The position numbers were made by a program, and so were the translations under genes. Below are positions 29,236 to 38,968 of a DNA stretch of 64,000 bases, piece by piece; positions within the stretch are counted from its first letter, which is position 1, and every line of letters starts with the position of its first letter. The stretch comes from a virus. The notes beneath the pieces are model-generated. The model made no database searches and had not been told where the DNA came from. It was given only the letters and a program-made list of their open reading frames with translations. The stretch is taken from the IMG/VR virus record IMGVR_UViG_3300035034_000989, positions 39,983-103,982 of that record; one strand, written 5' to 3'.

Positions 29236-30510
29236 ATGTCTCAAGATTTAACAACAATTGGTGCAGACCGCGCCGCACGATTAATCCGCGTTTGCATGGC
29301 AAAGAAGCGTCCTGTATTCCTTTGGGGTCCTCCGGGCATTGGTAAGTCTGAGCTAGTTGAGCAAATTGGTGCTAAAGAAGATCGCCCAGTTATTGACATG
29401 CGTATGCTTTTGTTAGACCCAACTGATGTTAAAGGCATTCCATACTACAACGTCTCGAAGAACACAATGGAGTGGGCACCACCAGGTGAGCTACCCATGA
29501 TTACTACTGCCGCTGATGTTAAGCAAGCAGAAGTAGTGCTAGAAGACCTTAAAGGTCGAGTTGATCCAAGTTTACTAGAAGGCATGGCACCTAAAGAATT
29601 ACTTGCGTTAGAGCGTGCTGTTAGTAATGCAGAAGAAAACTTAAAACAGATACTTGGTGCAAGCGAAATGCAAAACGCTATATTGTTCTTAGATGAACTG
29701 GTAGCGGCACCACCGAGTGTACAGGCAGCGGCATATCAGCTAATACTTAACCGTCGCGTAGGTCAATACCACTTACCCAAAGGCATCGACATGATTGCCG
29801 CAGGTAACCGCGAAACAGATAAGGCAGTAAGCTATAAAATGCCTACTCCACTTGCTAACCGCTTTATTCACTTAGAGATGGAAGCAGACTTTGATTCTTG
29901 GCAGAAGTGGGCAATCCACAACAACGTGCATCCTGATGTTGTTGGTTACTTGTCCGACAAGAAGCAAGACTTGATGTCGTTTGATCCCAAAAACGTTGGT
30001 AAGGCCTTTGCTACTCCGCGTTCATGGGTGTTCGTAAGTGACTTGTTATATGCACAGCGTGAGTTCAACCTAGATGATTTCGATCTTGGTGTGCTTATCG
30101 AAGGTACTATCGGCCCAGGCACAAAAATTGAGTTCATGAATCACTTGAAATACAGTGCTCGCTTGCCACGTGTTGAAGACGTGTTGACAGGCAAGGTCAA
30201 GAAGCTTGATAAAGAAGTTGCTAGCGAAATCTCTGCACACTACGCCTTAACGGTTGGTATGTGCTATGAATTACAGCGCCACTTCAAGCTAGTGGACGAC
30301 AGCAACGATACTGAACATGATAGCAAATCTTTACACGAAGCGGCAGATTACTACTTCGAGTTTATCATGGAAAACTTCAAGCAAGAAATGTGTGTGCTAG
30401 GTGCCCAGACATTACTGCGTGAATATGGTGTTAAGTTTAAGCCGGGCAAGATGAAGAACTTTACTAAGTTCCACGCTAAGTTTGGTGAATACATTATCGA
30501 CAATGACTAA
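29236..30510 (+). CDS. MoxR-like AAA+ ATPase
   Basis: GPPGIGKS, LFLDEL, AAGNR, LANRF, TPRSW. Confidence 0.93.
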   Translation: MSQDLTTIGADRAARLIRVCMAKKRPVFLWGPPGIGKSELVEQIGAKEDRPVIDMRMLLLDPTDVKGIPYYNVSKNTMEWAPPGELPMITTAADVKQAEVVLEDLKGRVDPSLLEGMAPKELLALERAVSNAEENLKQILGASEMQNAILFLDELVAAPPSVQAAAYQLILNRRVGQYHLPKGIDMIAAGNRETDKAVSYKMPTPLANRFIHLEMEADFDSWQKWAIHNNVHPDVVGYLSDKKQDLMSFDPKNVGKAFATPRSWVFVSDLLYAQREFNLDDFDLGVLIEGTIGPGTKIEFMNHLKYSARLPRVEDVLTGKVKKLDKEVASEISAHYALTVGMCYELQRHFKLVDDSNDTEHDSKSLHEAADYYFEFIMENFKQEMCVLGAQTLLREYGVKFKPGKMKNFTKFHAKFGEYIIDND

Positions 30511-30525
30511 GTTGATGTGTTAAGG

Positions 30526-30551
30526 AAGGGGCACTACGGTGCCTTTTTTTT
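30526..30551 (+). terminator. intrinsic terminator
   Basis: AAGGGGCAC-TACG-GTGCCTTTTTTTT. Confidence 0.88.
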
Positions 30552-30560
30552 ATCTTTCGA

Positions 30561-30589
30561 TTGACATCAACCATAAAGTTTAGTATAAT
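30561..30589 (+). promoter_or_regulatory. sigma70-like promoter
   Basis: TTGACA-N17-TATAAT. Confidence 0.85.
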
Positions 30590-30623
30590 TACTTGAACTT
30601 AGAACATGCACCTAGGAGCAACT

Positions 30624-31877
30624 ATGTCTATTAACCAAGAAGCACTAAAAAAGTTACGCAAGGCAAGAACAAAGATGTTACTGCGTTTGCCCTTTTTCGG
30701 TAAATTGGCTACTCACCTCAAGTTAGTTGAAGCAGAGTGGTTACCCACAATTGGTACAGATTCCACACGTATCTATTACAATCCAGATTTTATTAACGCG
30801 CTAGCAAAAGACGAAATTGTGTTTGTGCTTGCGCATAATGTTATGCACTGCATTTACAATCACCACGGTAGACGTGCTGGTCGCGATAAAAAGACTTGGG
30901 ACTCTGCTTGTGACTACGTTACAAACAACGAGTTGATTGACTTGCGTGTAGGCAAGATGCCTAACTTGATTAAAATATTGCACGACAAAAAGTACGGCGA
31001 TATGACAGCAGAAGAAGTCTACAACGACTTGATGAAAAATCAGCCACCACAGCAACCCGGGCAAGGTCAATCTAGCGGCGATGGCGATGGGCAGGGCGAA
31101 GGTAGCGCCCCGGGATCGTTTGATGAACACTTCGAACCTAACAAAGGTGACAAGAACTCTAACGAGCAAGGCTCAGAAGAACAAGACGGTGCTAAGTCGG
31201 ATGGTCAGGTTATTATGACCGACCCAGAGTTTAACCAAGCACAAGATCAGTTCAAGCAAGCTGTGTTAGCCGCGGCAAAGTCTGCTAAAGATGCAGGCGA
31301 AGTGCCAGCAGGCATACGCAGAATGATCAAAGAGTTGACCAATCCTAAAATGGACTGGCGCGAACTACTAGCGGCACAAATTAAATCCTGTGTACCGAGT
31401 GACTTTACTTGGGCACGCGGTAACCGTAAGACACGCTCTATGGGCATATACATGCCAGACATGGAACGCCAAGATCGTGTCGAAGTGTGTGTTGCAATTG
31501 ATACATCCGGGTCGATAAGCGAAAGCATGTTACGTGACTTCTTAGGTGAGATCATGGGAATCATGGAACAGTTTACAGACTTCGAGATCCAAATATGGAC
31601 GTTTGATACCAAGGTGTACAACCGTCAAGTGTTTGGTCCCGAAAACATCGATGAGCTTACCGAGTACGATATACAAGGTGGCGGTGGCACTGATTTTGAT
31701 GTTAACTGGCAATTCATGAAGCAAGAAGAGATTGAGCCTAATCGGTTCATTTTAATGACCGACGGGTACCCGTGGAATAGTTGGGGCGATGAACAGTATT
31801 GCGACACTATCTTTTTGATACATGGCAACGATAGTATAATTGCGCCCTTTGGGATAACCTGCTATTATGAAGAATAG
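30624..31877 (+). CDS. DUF2201-type metallopeptidase-like + vWA protein (MoxR partner)
   Basis: AHNVMH (degenerate HExxH), DTSGS MIDAS, GGGGTDF, TDG. Confidence 0.9.
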   Translation: MSINQEALKKLRKARTKMLLRLPFFGKLATHLKLVEAEWLPTIGTDSTRIYYNPDFINALAKDEIVFVLAHNVMHCIYNHHGRRAGRDKKTWDSACDYVTNNELIDLRVGKMPNLIKILHDKKYGDMTAEEVYNDLMKNQPPQQPGQGQSSGDGDGQGEGSAPGSFDEHFEPNKGDKNSNEQGSEEQDGAKSDGQVIMTDPEFNQAQDQFKQAVLAAAKSAKDAGEVPAGIRRMIKELTNPKMDWRELLAAQIKSCVPSDFTWARGNRKTRSMGIYMPDMERQDRVEVCVAIDTSGSISESMLRDFLGEIMGIMEQFTDFEIQIWTFDTKVYNRQVFGPENIDELTEYDIQGGGGTDFDVNWQFMKQEEIEPNRFILMTDGYPWNSWGDEQYCDTIFLIHGNDSIIAPFGITCYYEE

Positions 31878-31890
31878 TTAGTAATTTCAG

Positions 31891-32628
31891 CTAGTTAATA
31901 GCATCCTCGTATAATGCTTCTAAAGTCTTGTGCGAGGATTTATTTTTGGCTAAATTTTCTGTGACGCTAATTAATCTCAAATTAGAAATATCCGATATAA
32001 TGTTAATCGGTACATCATGTATGAACCCGTCAGTTACTGAATAAATGTGATCTAAATGGTAATCTTTTGATCTTATTCCATTAGGATCTATTGTGTCTTT
32101 GTGACGTGCGTATTGTGTCTCTGCGTATTGCTGTACACGATGCCTGTATTGTGTGCGTGTAAGCCCAGTAGCCGTGAAATTTTTACCCTTGTATATGTCT
32201 GCCCAGTACTGAGTTTTATTTGCTGATATCGACTCTTTTACAGCAGGTATATGCGAAGCATTTTCGACGCCGTATCGAGTTAACATTGATTTCTTTCTTG
32301 CTTTCTTCATCTGAGTAGTATCCGACTTAGCACGGCATATCACCATGGAACACCTCGACGAACAGTAATCTAAATACTTTCGTTGACCAACGCGATAATT
32401 AACCTTATTAACACCGCATTGTTTGCATAATGGGTGTTTTGTAATACTATGTTTAAATGCCCATACTAAAGCATAAAACGGAGATTGATTTGTTAAGAAC
32501 GTGTTTGCTATAAGCCATTGATACTCATCGGGATATTCTTTACTATACAACCTTTTATAATTCTGCGGTGTAGTAGTCGTTTCAACCAAGAAGGTTAACA
32601 ACGTCTTGTAAATATGTTTTGTATTCAT
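31891..32628 (-). mobile_element. free-standing HNH-type homing endonuclease gene
   Basis: HLDHIYSV...NLRLISVTENLAK; CxxC..CSxxC; RYGVENASH; opposite strand to flanking genes. Confidence 0.75.
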
Positions 32629-32723
32629 GATTTAAAATAATCCTTGACATTCATGCAAATATTTAGTATACTTAACAAGTCGCAGTTAGTTAATTCGAAA
32701 TCACAAAACAGTCATTAACTACA

Positions 32724-33014
32724 ATGATAAATAATAGTAATATGTTAAAACAAGTTGCTATGAAAAATATTACAGTTGGTTATGGTTACGTCGAAGAGTC
32801 ACCAATACATTACATATCAGATTTAATTTTTCAAGATTGGCTTTACAGTAATTGCTCTGCACAGATAAACGAAATCGAGAGAGAGATTACATTAAGCGAA
32901 GAAGAATACACCTGGTTAATAATCGCATACCCATCTACATCTGTGTCGAAATATGTTACTATTAATTTTGACAATTACAAAAAAGAATATACGAATGGAC
33001 ACTCTAATACTTAA
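32724..33014 (+). CDS. hypothetical protein
   Basis: ORF after promoter TTGACA-N17-TATACT at ~32644; start uncertain. Confidence 0.55.
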   Translation: MINNSNMLKQVAMKNITVGYGYVEESPIHYISDLIFQDWLYSNCSAQINEIEREITLSEEEYTWLIIAYPSTSVSKYVTINFDNYKKEYTNGHSNT

Positions 33015-33585
33015 TACAGATGGCGCACCTCTTTCAATGTTACCTGTTTCTGTTGTAAGCTGGAAAGTTGCAATGAGATTGGTTACACTGGAAAAAGTTA
33101 TCATCCTTAAAGAACACGACGACTGGGCAGTACGCACACCTTCGCGTGAGTATCCCGTGCCTTCGATTGTTTTGACCACTGACTATGTGAAATGGAATAA
33201 GCAGGTCAAATATAACCGTAACAATGTCTTCCTGAGAGATAACTATACTTGTCAATATTGCTTAAAGGAAATGGGCAGAACCAACCTAACAATTGATCAT
33301 GTTTTGCCTAGAAGCTTTGGCGGTGGCACATCATGGGAAAACGTTACAACGTCTTGTGCCAAGTGTAATTCTAATAAAGGCAACAACAGAAAGATCGTTC
33401 CACGGAACAAGCCTCGTAAGCCAACCTATTACGACCTTATTGCCAAGGAACAGCAAAAAATCCTGACCATAAGAGATCAGGCGTGGCTCGACTATATTTC
33501 ATGGCCGAGTGAGAACGTTAAATATAAACCACACACTACAAAACGGAGTTTAGATGTCAAACGAAGAAAACAAAACAGCAACTGA
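32995..33585 (+). CDS. HNH endonuclease (McrA-like)
   Basis: RDNYTCQYC, TIDHVLPRSFGG, WENVTTSCAKCNSNK. Confidence 0.92.
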   Translation: MDTLILNTDGAPLSMLPVSVVSWKVAMRLVTLEKVIILKEHDDWAVRTPSREYPVPSIVLTTDYVKWNKQVKYNRNNVFLRDNYTCQYCLKEMGRTNLTIDHVLPRSFGGGTSWENVTTSCAKCNSNKGNNRKIVPRNKPRKPTYYDLIAKEQQKILTIRDQAWLDYISWPSENVKYKPHTTKRSLDVKRRKQNSN

Positions 33586-33826
33586 AGGTCAACAAATTGA
33601 AACCGGCATTGGCTATAACGATTTAGTTTTAGCACGCAATGTTATTCAGATTGCAAGTAAACGTGGCGCGTTCACAGACCCAAACGAGTATCGTGAGATT
33701 GGAGAGTTATTCCAAAAATTCGATCGTTTCGTTAAGTCGGTGGAAGCCCAAGTCGCAGAGCAAAAGGAAGACAAAGAAGCTTCTACCGCTGAAACCGAAG
33801 TAACAGCAGAAATAGCTGAAAAGTAA
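33554..33826 (+). CDS. hypothetical protein
   Basis: IASKRGAF...EIG motif common in large phages. Confidence 0.75.
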   Translation: MSNEENKTATEGQQIETGIGYNDLVLARNVIQIASKRGAFTDPNEYREIGELFQKFDRFVKSVEAQVAEQKEDKEASTAETEVTAEIAEK

Positions 33827-33837
33827 GGATAGCAAAT

Positions 33838-34536
33838 ATGAAGAAGCATTTAGGAGTAATGAAAAACACAGGCGTTCGCGTTGCAGTAGTTTTTCGTGAA
33901 ATGCCAGATGATGTCGACAATTGCTTGGTTGCAGAACTTGATCGTATGCCTGATAAGTATCACGATGCGATGTTTGAGTTTATTAATTCGCAAGCGGCAC
34001 AGCGAACTAACAACTTATACGAAGTACTGCACACTCGCAATTTCCCAGACGGAAACGGTGCATTAGCAGGGTTACATACCAATAACCTCATGCGCAAAGT
34101 ACCAGTCGATGATGTTGATATGACAGTACAGCCGCATGCAAAAGTGCCGCTGAGAATGATCAATGATCAGATACGTGCGGTGGAAGTAACCGGAACAACT
34201 GCACCCGAAGTAGCAGTGGCGCCGACGGTGACTGAGACGTCAGCTGATCAAGCTAGGCGTTTAATGGTCAAGGCAGAGTTTATACAACAAGAAGCCGAAG
34301 CGTTATTAGAGCAAGCCCGAGTGCTTGCTCCTGAACTGTTCACCAAAGAACGTGGTCGTCCTAAGAAGTCCGAATCCGAAAAGGCCAAGGCCAAGCTAGA
34401 CGAAAAAGACAAGCGCAAAGACCGAGACGAAAGCAAAAGAACTTCTGCAGAAGAAGTAGCACTTAACAAGCGCGTCGAAGAAAAAATGAAACGTGATTTA
34501 TCACCGGAAGTTAATAAGCCCAATACGCTTGCATAA
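33838..34536 (+). CDS. conserved phage protein with basic tail
   Basis: KHLG...VVFREMP; RGRPKK. Confidence 0.75.
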   Translation: MKKHLGVMKNTGVRVAVVFREMPDDVDNCLVAELDRMPDKYHDAMFEFINSQAAQRTNNLYEVLHTRNFPDGNGALAGLHTNNLMRKVPVDDVDMTVQPHAKVPLRMINDQIRAVEVTGTTAPEVAVAPTVTETSADQARRLMVKAEFIQQEAEALLEQARVLAPELFTKERGRPKKSESEKAKAKLDEKDKRKDRDESKRTSAEEVALNKRVEEKMKRDLSPEVNKPNTLA

Positions 34537-34551
34537 CGCTAAAAGTTAGTC

Positions 34552-34580
34552 AAAAAAAAGCACCTCACGGTGCTTTTTTT
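34552..34580. terminator. bidirectional terminator
   Basis: AAAAAAAAGCACC-TCAC-GGTGCTTTTTTT between convergent genes. Confidence 0.9.
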
Positions 34581-35035
34581 ATCTCTTTAATAGCTAGTAT
34601 ATTCGGACCAAACTCCATGCCCTCGTCGAACCAGTCTCCCATCAAAGCAAAGCCAGCATTAACATAAACATGCTCTGATCCTTTTCGGGGCAGTGTCCAC
34701 ACTCGCTCCATTCCTATTGCATCAGCACAAACAATAATATCCTCAAGTAATTGTTTAGCTAGCCCAACTCCTCTGTGAGCAGGGTCAACATACAGCCCTC
34801 TTGATCTAAAATCACATTCGCTTGTTTGATGTCCGCTGTTGACTGCTACTATCTCATCGTTGCAATATATTGCCCAGCACCAGGTGCGATAATCATCGTA
34901 GATACGCATGTTGTATCCTTCACCCATGGTCATGCTTGATTGAGGTTTAATAGGTGACACACGCCCTGGCCACAGCTTGTTGGTCCAAGTAGGAAGTATG
35001 GTCTCAAAATCCACCATTTTTAGTTGGTATTGCAT
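34565..35035 (-). CDS. GNAT acetyltransferase
   Basis: LYVDPAHRGVGLA acetyl-CoA motif, YVNAGF. Confidence 0.9.
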   Translation of the reverse strand: MQYQLKMVDFETILPTWTNKLWPGRVSPIKPQSSMTMGEGYNMRIYDDYRTWCWAIYCNDEIVAVNSGHQTSECDFRSRGLYVDPAHRGVGLAKQLLEDIIVCADAIGMERVWTLPRKGSEHVYVNAGFALMGDWFDEGMEFGPNILAIKEIKKAP

Positions 35036-35655
35036 AGTAGCATGAACCTTGCGTAGTTAGGCATCGCTAGTGTTTGCGTTGCTAAGATTGTTGTGTTGAT
35101 GCACTGTGCTTTGAATTCTGCTAGGTCATGCACACAGTTAACATGCTCGTCAAGATCAAAATAATTGTTTGTTTGTAACAGCACGCGCTTGTTACTCGGC
35201 AATGTAGATATCCAAGCAGGCAAGTCCGCTATGTGCTCACAGCTTGTATTGATGATTACATCAAAGTCGGTATAGTCTGTGCAATACATGTCTTGAGTGA
35301 CAGCATTGAATTCGCCTTTAAAGTAGTGCTCTGCATTGAAAGAATTTGCAAGAGCGGCACAGTTAGCGTCGATGTCGATAGAGGTAAAAATGTTACGTTT
35401 TTCGTGGTTTTTATGCAGTAGAATCGCAGGTAATAGTCCGTACCAGCCACCGCACACTGCTACACGGCTAGAAGTAACATGCTGATTGAATAGTTCGCTG
35501 GCCCACAGCTTAGATGCCAATTGTCCCTTAGAAACGAAATCGCGTATGTCAACTTCTGCTGGCATACGCGATAGGTTATTTAACAAGTTGGCATTAACAG
35601 TGAAGCCCGATACGTAGTTGCCTACGTCCTGCCATGTGTTAAGTTCGGTGTACAT
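35020..35655 (-). CDS. class I SAM-dependent methyltransferase-like
   Basis: VCGGWYG, SIDID, INTSCEH. Confidence 0.8.
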   Translation of the reverse strand: MYTELNTWQDVGNYVSGFTVNANLLNNLSRMPAEVDIRDFVSKGQLASKLWASELFNQHVTSSRVAVCGGWYGLLPAILLHKNHEKRNIFTSIDIDANCAALANSFNAEHYFKGEFNAVTQDMYCTDYTDFDVIINTSCEHIADLPAWISTLPSNKRVLLQTNNYFDLDEHVNCVHDLAEFKAQCINTTILATQTLAMPNYARFMLLCNTN

Positions 35656-36769
35656 ATCTCTCGAAGTATCCTTTGTATTCTGCCTTTGCTCGTTTGTGCC
35701 TGAAATCAGTAGGGTAGATCTCGTCGAACTCTCCTCGCAGATAATCGTAATCGTTAATTTTATTAAGCAGATTCACATGGTTCTTGTATGTCCTACCATG
35801 GTTGTTTCCGTGATGGGCACCTTCGATTGCATATGATCCAAACGCCTTGTAGAATCCTGTATTCATCCATGTTTCTAAACGGTGTGCGGTTTCGCTGTCT
35901 GCACGCTCTATAATCGATGACGATAGTTTGGTACATTCACGCACAGCACTTCTCCAAGTTTCAAATGCACTTGTGTTGAAGCGTGTAACATTGCTTATCT
36001 GTTTCATTGACTTGAGTCCTTCGCTGAACGATGTTGTGAAGTCTACACTCCAGAATTCACTAGCGCGTAACATTTTGGTCGGAAATAACTTTACCCCGCC
36101 GTATCCGTACTCTAATCCGTTAACCGGATTGATACTGCGCCATACGTGTGCAAAGCCTCTGTCACTTTCAGGTGGTACATAATCAAAATCGAAATCATCT
36201 TTGAGTTCTGCATCTGCATCCACAATGTACACCATGGAAGTATCTGTTATAGAGGAAGCCGCTTTGTGTGCGCTAAATATACCCTTGACACCATCGACGC
36301 GCTTGGCATTAGGAGCCTTGTCTAGCAGACGCTGGAAGTTACCATCGGCAAATGTTTCGCCGTAACTGAGGAACACCACATCGAACTGTAAGGCATGTTT
36401 CGTCGGATAGGAATGACTTTTAAAGTTTACCTTCCCTTTGTACATGGCTTCGTCTGTAAAGCTGTCAATGTCTGCCAGTACTCGTTCTCGATTAAACAAG
36501 CGTATGTTGGGGTCGTTGTTCCACGTATGCACAAATTCTTCTTCGCCATTTACAGGAGCATAATCGAAGTCAAAATTGGCTAACCTTTTGTTTGGATCAG
36601 TTATAACATAGAAGTATTTGGTTAGGGTCTTAGACAGTATTTCGGAAAGCTTTTCCCTGTCAATCTTTCGATCCGAAGTGCTAACAGGGAACGCTTTTGT
36701 TCTCGGAAATCTTTCTGTATAGTATTCTATTAAATCATGTTTCTGTGTGAGTAAAAAGATATCGTTCAT
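35639..36769 (-). CDS. GT-A-like glycosyltransferase-related protein
   Basis: DVVFLSYGE, IVDADA (DxD), NGLEYGYGGVKL, WRSAVRECTKL. Confidence 0.7.
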   Translation of the reverse strand: MNDIFLLTQKHDLIEYYTERFPRTKAFPVSTSDRKIDREKLSEILSKTLTKYFYVITDPNKRLANFDFDYAPVNGEEEFVHTWNNDPNIRLFNRERVLADIDSFTDEAMYKGKVNFKSHSYPTKHALQFDVVFLSYGETFADGNFQRLLDKAPNAKRVDGVKGIFSAHKAASSITDTSMVYIVDADAELKDDFDFDYVPPESDRGFAHVWRSINPVNGLEYGYGGVKLFPTKMLRASEFWSVDFTTSFSEGLKSMKQISNVTRFNTSAFETWRSAVRECTKLSSSIIERADSETAHRLETWMNTGFYKAFGSYAIEGAHHGNNHGRTYKNHVNLLNKINDYDYLRGEFDEIYPTDFRHKRAKAEYKGYFERYVHRT

Positions 36770-36776
36770 GTTTTCT

Positions 36777-38045
36777 CTATTTAATGAATATCGCAACGCC
36801 GCCCTGGAATTCTAAGTAGTTAGTAGTTGAACTAACGCCGGCGTCGTTTACTTCGGTGAAATATTCCTTGTCGGTTGGCAACTTGCCATTGGAATCTAAA
36901 ATATCAATATAAAAGTTTCTGTTAAATTTATTTTCTGCGTCCTTGGCAGAAAGAATAAACTGATATTTACCAGGCTCAACAGCGGCGTCACTATCGATAA
37001 TAAGCTTCTTGCCTTCGATGCGTACAAATGCAGGAGTATGAGCATAATTTTCTGATTCAACTATGTCAAGTGCCACATTTAAGTTAACTTCGTGTACGCC
37101 TGTGCTAGACTGAACTTCTGCTAATTGTCCTCGATCGGCCCAGACTTCGCGATAGTGCTTGTTCTCTTGATATGCCAATCTATTATTGTGTGCATTGTAC
37201 TTGGTTTCATCGACAAAATAAACAATGTCCGATATTGCCGAACTGTATAGCTTTTCGATGACCTCCGCTGATGTAAGTGTAGCATCATTACTGATAATGT
37301 TCAAGCAGATTCCCGCAACAATTGCAGAGCTTGCCGAAGTACTAGGACCTGTTATTGTAGTTACGAATCCGTTTATGTCTGCCGTGGTGATCTCACCGCC
37401 TGGGGCAAATATACTCACAGCTTGTCCGTGATTGCTTGCCATGTGAGATTTGGTCCACGGATGATCTGCATCATACGCTCTATCGAAGTGGTCAGTTGCA
37501 CCAACTGTAACTGTAAAATCTAATCCTGCAGGAGAATAGCCTGCAACATCATTGCCCTTCTGGCCCGCGGCACAGACAACTACTAAATTGTTTTCATATA
37601 GTTCTTTTACTTTTGCATCAATGATAGGATCAAGCGCAACAATCCACGGTAACAGTACTACTTTGGTGACATCGCTAGTTTTTAAGTGATCATCGAGCAC
37701 TGCATTTAACGCTTCTATAACACGAGACTGATCGACATCATTTTTCTCTGTTATCATATCAACAATCTTAATGGTCGCTCCTGGTGATATTCCAAGTTCT
37801 ACTGAGTTAACAAGAGATGCAATGGCGGTGCCGTGGCCGTGCTTGTCTTCAAATGCGCCATCGTGACTGTGTAACTGTTCGAACACGGATCCCGTTAACA
37901 TCACATGATCTATATTTACACCGCTGTCAACTAGATAACAAATTGCATTTGTGCCAGTGAAAAGCGGATCGTATTTATTTCTAAGTGGCAAGTTCTTTGT
38001 CACTGTTCTGTACTGGTGCCAGTTTCTGGTAACAGCTTTTGTCAT
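36777..38045 (-). CDS. subtilisin-like (S8) serine protease
   Basis: VDSGV, HGHGT, AAGQ, SPA, TVGA, APG, STSAS. Confidence 0.88.
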   Translation of the reverse strand: MTKAVTRNWHQYRTVTKNLPLRNKYDPLFTGTNAICYLVDSGVNIDHVMLTGSVFEQLHSHDGAFEDKHGHGTAIASLVNSVELGISPGATIKIVDMITEKNDVDQSRVIEALNAVLDDHLKTSDVTKVVLLPWIVALDPIIDAKVKELYENNLVVVCAAGQKGNDVAGYSPAGLDFTVTVGATDHFDRAYDADHPWTKSHMASNHGQAVSIFAPGGEITTADINGFVTTITGPSTSASSAIVAGICLNIISNDATLTSAEVIEKLYSSAISDIVYFVDETKYNAHNNRLAYQENKHYREVWADRGQLAEVQSSTGVHEVNLNVALDIVESENYAHTPAFVRIEGKKLIIDSDAAVEPGKYQFILSAKDAENKFNRNFYIDILDSNGKLPTDKEYFTEVNDAGVSSTTNYLEFQGGVAIFIK

Positions 38046-38968
38046 GTTATTTCTCCAAACTTCTTTAAAAGCTTTTTAATTTCATCTGTGACTAATGTTT
38101 TCATGTCAGCCGCATTGGGTAGTTGAATTATTGTGTGCAAGGGTTTACGGTAAAGTTCGTCGAACTTTCGTCTGGTCCCTACTTCGTTGTATTTATCAGA
38201 GTAGTAAGTCTTAATGGTTTCGAAACCGGTCATTTTATCTTGCTTAGGTGAAGAATTGAATCCTGCTTCTCGATATATGCGGCATTTCCATGGATAGTTA
38301 TGCTTCTGGAAGTTAACTGACTGATCATTCCACGATTCATGTAGGTAACCTTGTTGGGCTAGCCGATATTGTATTTCAAGAAACTTAATTACTAACGAAT
38401 AACTGGCGCTGGCCATATTGGGTATGCCACCGATCTCTGCAGTTAGGTTGTCATAGCATAAGTGCCCGAGGGACGTTGGCACAAACGTAGGATTAGACTC
38501 CTCGCGTATTTTGACCAACGACATTGCATCGCCGCCAAAAACCACATTACTGCCTATGTCCTTTGCGATTTTTAAATGACATGCCAGCTGTGGGCTAGTT
38601 GTTCTGTACTGTGTTGCATACTCTATGTAATCACCGCTGTCGAAGAACTTCACGAAATCAAGATAATGCATTTCTATTTCCGACGAGTATGCAATTGCAT
38701 TGTGATAGTCAACATTGTTGTAGATTTTATTATTATGCGTCATTGCAATAAAATGCAAGCGGTGAGGTATATCAAACCGCTTGCATGTTTCTGCTACAAT
38801 CTCGGAGTCAATCCCGCCACTGTACATTATATTCACTTCACAGTTCAGGTCACTGAGTATACTTGCATACTCTTCTAGAATAGTAACGTCTCGGTGGACG
38901 GTGTCCTCTACTAGTTTAAGTATGTTGTTGTTCTGAATTAAGAAATCATTGATACGATAACTGTTCAT
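38042..38968 (-). CDS. PP-loop ATP pyrophosphatase (asparagine-synthase-like)
   Basis: MYSGGIDSE, SPQL, KMTGFE. Confidence 0.75.
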   Translation of the reverse strand: MNSYRINDFLIQNNNILKLVEDTVHRDVTILEEYASILSDLNCEVNIMYSGGIDSEIVAETCKRFDIPHRLHFIAMTHNNKIYNNVDYHNAIAYSSEIEMHYLDFVKFFDSGDYIEYATQYRTTSPQLACHLKIAKDIGSNVVFGGDAMSLVKIREESNPTFVPTSLGHLCYDNLTAEIGGIPNMASASYSLVIKFLEIQYRLAQQGYLHESWNDQSVNFQKHNYPWKCRIYREAGFNSSPKQDKMTGFETIKTYYSDKYNEVGTRRKFDELYRKPLHTIIQLPNAADMKTLVTDEIKKLLKKFGEIT

